From positions 1 to 18,301 of the forward strand of contig DXJF01000111.1 of assembly GCA_019057375.1 (NCBI GenBank): a stretch of DNA of 18,301 bases, written 5' to 3'. This stretch comes from Candidatus Heimdallarchaeota archaeon. GTDB taxonomy: Archaea > Asgardarchaeota > Heimdallarchaeia > Heimdallarchaeales > Heimdallarchaeaceae. A model generated the notes under the pieces. It made no database searches, had not been told where the DNA came from, and saw nothing but the letters and a program-made list of their open reading frames with translations. This document shows, in pieces, positions 14,167 through 18,301 of the stretch; the first letter of the stretch is position 1; every line of letters begins with the position of its first letter. The translations under genes and the position numbers were made by a program.

Positions 14167-15390
14167 ATGGATTTCTCTATCTTCATTCCTACGATAGAGA
14201 TAGGACCACCTTATGTTGGACCAATGGCGGGACTTCGTAGGTATGCATATTCATTAGTACAATCATTAGCAAACCAAGGGATAGAAATCTATGTTGCAAC
14301 CACAACAAAACTATCCTCAGATGATGAATTATTGAATAGAGAAAACATCCATTTTTATTATCTTCCAGAACAAATTTCTGCAAGAGGTGCTTATAGCACC
14401 TTAACACATTTCTATGCTAAAAATCATCGAAGTTTCTCTAAACAAGCATTTGATGTATATACCGAACTGAGATCAGATGTGGATATATCTCTGATACATG
14501 CAACTGAAGTAGCAGCATTTTATTTTGCTAAAGCTAAGAAAAGGAATCAAATAGACATCCCTTTAGTTGTTTCTGTTCATGGAGCAGTTACAACTGGTAA
14601 TTTGAAATCAAGAATGTGGGTGAAACGACCATATTCTAGAATTCTGAGACGAATAGTGAAACACTGTGATAATATAGTAACAACATCAGCTTCATTATTA
14701 GAAAAAATTAAAAGGTTATCAAAAAGTATGAAAGAGAAAGTAATCATTATTCCCCACTCACTAAATTGTAAAACTTTCTCACAAATTCCAAAACTTGAAG
14801 ATTTAGAATCCTTTAGAGATAAATATGATTTGGATCAAGGAAAATCTATTGTTTTAATGCAGGGGCCGTATATCAACAGAAAATCCCAACATGAAGTGGT
14901 TCGATATTTCCCTGAAATACTTAAAAGAAACGCAAAAATTACCTTTCTGGTTGTGGGGGATGGTCCGCTTCTATCAAAGATAAAAGAAGATGTAGTGAAT
15001 CTTGAGATCGAAGATTCAGTTATAATAACGGGATATATTGATGATAAAGAGCTCCTATTAGCTTTTCACATAAGTGACCTTCTTCTTTATCCTGCAGAAG
15101 AAGGTAGTTTTGGTACTCCACTTATTGAAGCTATGGCTTCTGGTTTGCCTGTGATAGCGGTTGATAAACCTCCAATGAATGAGATGATACCCCCTAAATG
15201 TGATTGGTTATATCCTGCAAATGATGAAGTAGCACTGGTTGACAAGGTATTGGGTATAATTAAGAATAAAGAGAAAATACAGGAAGTTGCTTTCAAATCA
15301 CAAAAACACGCACTTAAAAAATTTGATTATCCTGTTGTAGGGAAAAATCTACTTAAGGCATATACTAAAATCATTAAGGAATCAAAATGA
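14167..15390 (+). CDS. Glycosyltransferase family 4 (GT-B fold)
   Basis: FLVVGDGPL, ITGYI and EEGSFGTPLIEAMASGLPVIA (ExxxxxxxE motif). ATG 14167 preferred. Confidence 0.92.
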   Translation: MDFSIFIPTIEIGPPYVGPMAGLRRYAYSLVQSLANQGIEIYVATTTKLSSDDELLNRENIHFYYLPEQISARGAYSTLTHFYAKNHRSFSKQAFDVYTELRSDVDISLIHATEVAAFYFAKAKKRNQIDIPLVVSVHGAVTTGNLKSRMWVKRPYSRILRRIVKHCDNIVTTSASLLEKIKRLSKSMKEKVIIIPHSLNCKTFSQIPKLEDLESFRDKYDLDQGKSIVLMQGPYINRKSQHEVVRYFPEILKRNAKITFLVVGDGPLLSKIKEDVVNLEIEDSVIITGYIDDKELLLAFHISDLLLYPAEEGSFGTPLIEAMASGLPVIAVDKPPMNEMIPPKCDWLYPANDEVALVDKVLGIIKNKEKIQEVAFKSQKHALKKFDYPVVGKNLLKAYTKIIKESK

Positions 15391-15492
15391 TTATGGATTC
15401 AAAATTGTTTGAGGGATTTTCTTCTCATCTTAATTAAAATATACTTAAATACTGGGAAAGTAACAATTAGTATAATAAATTGGTGTAAGAAA

Positions 15493-16053
15493 ATGTCCAG
15501 AAAATATTTTTGCCCAAATTGTGGATCTTCTGCTGGTCAGGAAGATAAATTTTGTTTAAATTGTGGAAAAAAATTAATAGAGGATTCATCTCCTTCACCG
15601 AAAGCTCAAAAACCTCAATATGAAGCACCTGCTCAACAACAAGCCCCATATGCTCCACCTCAACCTTATGCTCAAACACAGCCTTACGCCCCCGCACAAC
15701 CCATGCCTGTATCTGGTGGTGGGATACCTCGACATGCATACGCACAGTTGAGAGCTAATTATAGTGATAGGGTTATTGCTTATTGTATTGATGGTTGTGT
15801 TTCTTCTTTCTGTCCACCTTTAACGTGTTTCAGAGACATTATTCCTGAAAGCGGTAAAGGTTTTGGAAAATCGATGATGAATCTAATGGTGGTTGATTAT
15901 GATACAGGATTACCGATTACAGCAGGGCAAGCATGTGTTCGAACAATATGTTTTATTGGTATAATAGATATTTTTGTTCCTTTATGTAATGATGAAGGCA
16001 GAAGAATAGGAGATTTAGTAGCTAATACAATAGTACTAGAAGATAGAAGCTAA
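15493..16053 (+). CDS. Zinc-ribbon + Pro/Gln/Ala/Tyr-rich linker + RDD-domain membrane protein
   Basis: CPNCG-x9-CLNCG; DRVIAYCID, GFGKSMMNLMVVD and RRIGDLVANTIV are RDD hallmarks. ATG 15493 preferred to the track start 15409. Confidence 0.82.
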   Translation: MSRKYFCPNCGSSAGQEDKFCLNCGKKLIEDSSPSPKAQKPQYEAPAQQQAPYAPPQPYAQTQPYAPAQPMPVSGGGIPRHAYAQLRANYSDRVIAYCIDGCVSSFCPPLTCFRDIIPESGKGFGKSMMNLMVVDYDTGLPITAGQACVRTICFIGIIDIFVPLCNDEGRRIGDLVANTIVLEDRS

Positions 16054-16085
16054 CTTGTTGTATCTAATACACTGATGATGGAAAA

Positions 16086-18095
16086 ATGTTTGACTATTTA
16101 GCTGAAGAATTTCAAAAAATGTTTAAAGATCACGATTACACCGGCATTATCAAGTTAGCTCATAGAGAATTAAATCAAGAAATGAGTACCATAGATAAAA
16201 AAAATTATTACTTTGTTTTAGCAAAGGCACATTATTTCTTAGGTGAAAATAAGCAAGCTCTTGAGAATATTAAAGAAGCGATGGAAATCCTAGAAATACA
16301 TCAACTTCCTCAGAAAGAGGTATTTGATACAAAAATAGAATATGCCAAGATTCTAAGACGCATAGGTGAAAAAAAACAAGCTATGGAGATTTATTCTGAA
16401 TTACTTGAACATCATGAATATTCACTCACCGATGATACTAGAGCAGTAATATACCATAATTTAGCTAATCTCCACATGGAACAGGGAAATTTTGAGGAGA
16501 GTAAGAAACTCTTTCAGATGGCATTATCTATAGATCAAATTTATAAAAATGAAGAAGGTCAAGCACACACATATTCTAGTTTGGGGGGGTTGCATTTCTA
16601 TCTTGGTGAGTATGATGAAGCTATAAATTATTATTTCAAAAGTCTAAATCTGAGAAAACAAACTAAAGATATATTAGGAGAAGCTACAGTTTCTCTAAAT
16701 CTTGGTTCTATATATGCAAATCAGCTTAACGAGGAGCTTGCCAACGAATTTCTGATTAAAGCTGAAGAAGTATTCAAGGAAATTAATCATGAGAAAGGAT
16801 TCCACAGCGTACTCAATACCAAAGCAAGATTGTATTATAGCCTTAAGAATTATAATCAAGTAATAACTAATCTGGAATATTTAGAAACCAAGGAAGCAGT
16901 TGAAATTACTAGAGCCCATATTTCCCTTATTGATATCTTTGCTGAAGCACTAATAAAAGAAAAACAAGTTATCAAAGCAAGAAACATAATTAAGCTGGGA
17001 ATTGATTGTATTCATCGTCTGACACAAGGTAAATTAGTTAAGATGCTACCAGATTATGGAAAATTAAAACAGAAGCTGAGTCAGGTAGCAGTTATTCAGA
17101 ATAAACTAGATGAAGCATTAGAGATACTGAATGAGCTTGAAGAAATAGGAGAAGAAATTACAGACAAGCGAAGTCTTATCGCAATTTACCATTCTAAAGC
17201 ACAAATATATCTAAAGTTAGGGAATCATGAACAAGCTACAGTATTTGCAGAACAAGGAAGGGATTTAGCAGTTAAATACAAAGATTCTGCTATAGCAGAA
17301 CTATTAGATTTGCTTTTTGAGATATACTTTTTACAAGGAGATTTTCGTGAATGTATTAAAATTTTGAAGAACATATCCAAATATGTTCAAGTAAAAAATA
17401 AGCAGAGATACTCACTTATTCTTAGAACTTTCTATTTATTAGAAAATGTTAAGTTTAAAAGCATAAAGGATAAATTTTCTGCTTTATTAAATTTTTCAGA
17501 AATAGAACGTTCTCTGTATATTCTACAAGAGACATTATACAACATTCTAGTTTCATCTTCGACTGAAAAAAAAGAAGAAATGCTTGAGCAAATGATTGTC
17601 AGAATAAAAGAATATACAGAAAAAATCAATTCAGAAAATGAAGATGAACCTCCTTTAGAAGAGTTGCTTAAAGTCTTATCTTCTGATAACAAGAAATTGG
17701 GTGAATTAACTATTGCTGAACTACTTACCTTACTAGATTCAATTTTTTTCAGCATAAAATATGAATATATCTCAGAAAAATATCTTCGAAAAATCGCTTG
17801 GGGGGAAAAACTTCCAGAAAATTTTCAGCCAATAATCAAACAAAAACAACTAATTCTGATAGAATTATTAGAAAAGCAATTTAATTTCAAAAACATGAAA
17901 TTTGGTTATCATCTCCTAGAACAAAAGTTTAATCAGATGTTTACAAGAATAAATGTTAAGATTGCAGAATTTCAAGACAAGATTAGTGAAGAGAACTTGT
18001 TAATACTACTGTATTTGGGAAGTTGTATTGTCACAGATACATTATATGTGATTTATTTAAGTGATAAAGATGAAGCAGAAAGAAAAAATGTCTAG
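16086..18095 (+). CDS. Tetratricopeptide-repeat protein, 669 aa
   Basis: Consecutive TPRs, e.g. AVIYHNLANLHMEQGNFEESKKLFQMAL, AHTYSSLGGLHFYLGEYDEAINYYFKSL and ATVSLNLGSIYANQ. Confidence 0.9.
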   Translation: MFDYLAEEFQKMFKDHDYTGIIKLAHRELNQEMSTIDKKNYYFVLAKAHYFLGENKQALENIKEAMEILEIHQLPQKEVFDTKIEYAKILRRIGEKKQAMEIYSELLEHHEYSLTDDTRAVIYHNLANLHMEQGNFEESKKLFQMALSIDQIYKNEEGQAHTYSSLGGLHFYLGEYDEAINYYFKSLNLRKQTKDILGEATVSLNLGSIYANQLNEELANEFLIKAEEVFKEINHEKGFHSVLNTKARLYYSLKNYNQVITNLEYLETKEAVEITRAHISLIDIFAEALIKEKQVIKARNIIKLGIDCIHRLTQGKLVKMLPDYGKLKQKLSQVAVIQNKLDEALEILNELEEIGEEITDKRSLIAIYHSKAQIYLKLGNHEQATVFAEQGRDLAVKYKDSAIAELLDLLFEIYFLQGDFRECIKILKNISKYVQVKNKQRYSLILRTFYLLENVKFKSIKDKFSALLNFSEIERSLYILQETLYNILVSSSTEKKEEMLEQMIVRIKEYTEKINSENEDEPPLEELLKVLSSDNKKLGELTIAELLTLLDSIFFSIKYEYISEKYLRKIAWGEKLPENFQPIIKQKQLILIELLEKQFNFKNMKFGYHLLEQKFNQMFTRINVKIAEFQDKISEENLLILLYLGSCIVTDTLYVIYLSDKDEAERKNV

Positions 18096-18301
18096 AAAAG
18101 AAAAGTGGATGCTTTCTCCATATAGATTAGCTCATCATCCATTGTGTAAGAATTTCGATGACCATATGTATAAAATAAGAGGTCACAAGGTGTGCAGAGG
18201 GTGTGTTAATCTCTACGCTGGTATGATTGCTGGTTTGATTCTAGCACCTATAATGGTTTTTGTTCTTAAAATAACATTCTGGATGACTTTTGTAGCTACA
18301 A
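18088..18301 (+). CDS. DUF2085-like Cys/His membrane protein, 3'-truncated
   Basis: Not in the ORF track. Manual translation gives MSRKEKWMLSPYRLAHHPLCKNFDDHMYKIRGHKVCRGCVNLYAGMIAG..., with H..C/CxxC..Y.G followed by TM segments. Overlaps the TPR gene end by 8 nt. Confidence 0.68.
   Translation, partial: MSRKEKWMLSPYRLAHHPLCKNFDDHMYKIRGHKVCRGCVNLYAGMIAGLILAPIMVFVLKITFWMTFVAT

Noticed and set aside
348-17755. Remaining short track ORFs (348-608, 1149-1346, 5606-5812, 5769-5984, 8313-8738, 8811-9230, 9655-9870, 11245-11439, 14189-14407, 15087-15296, 15467-15745, 17432-17755)
   Set aside because: All lie wholly or largely antisense to better-supported genes and show no recognisable motifs.

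Overview
AT-rich archaeal chromosomal window; by eye roughly 30% GC. It most resembles Asgard/Heimdallarchaeia, an inference from a standalone eS30 gene, a PAC2 chaperone, GGTGA/GGAGG ribosome-binding sites, proteins with a C-terminal TM helix plus basic tail, and a large TPR protein. Most genes are housekeeping or metabolic: rps30e, a lone E2 acyltransferase catalytic domain, PAC2, a family-5 solute-binding protein, a ZntA-type P1B ATPase, a FixC/GGR-like flavoprotein + FixX-like ferredoxin + SCP2 operon, an M20 amidohydrolase, a GT4, a zinc-ribbon RDD protein, a TPR protein and a DUF2085-like gene. The standout locus is 1605-4225. A ~300-nt GC-rich element (48% by hand count, 3841-4140) folds into a long closing stem around a multi-hairpin core. 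Its left ~40-60 nt recur twice as direct repeats (2515-2564 and 3056-3118), and each interval between copies holds exactly one co-oriented gene, like a cassette array with no integrase. The next gene encodes an isolated large-serine-recombinase-type DNA-binding domain fused to an extremely acidic tail, with no catalytic domain. Separately, the solute-binding protein appears circularly permuted. All family calls are from motif recognition by eye; no searches were run.
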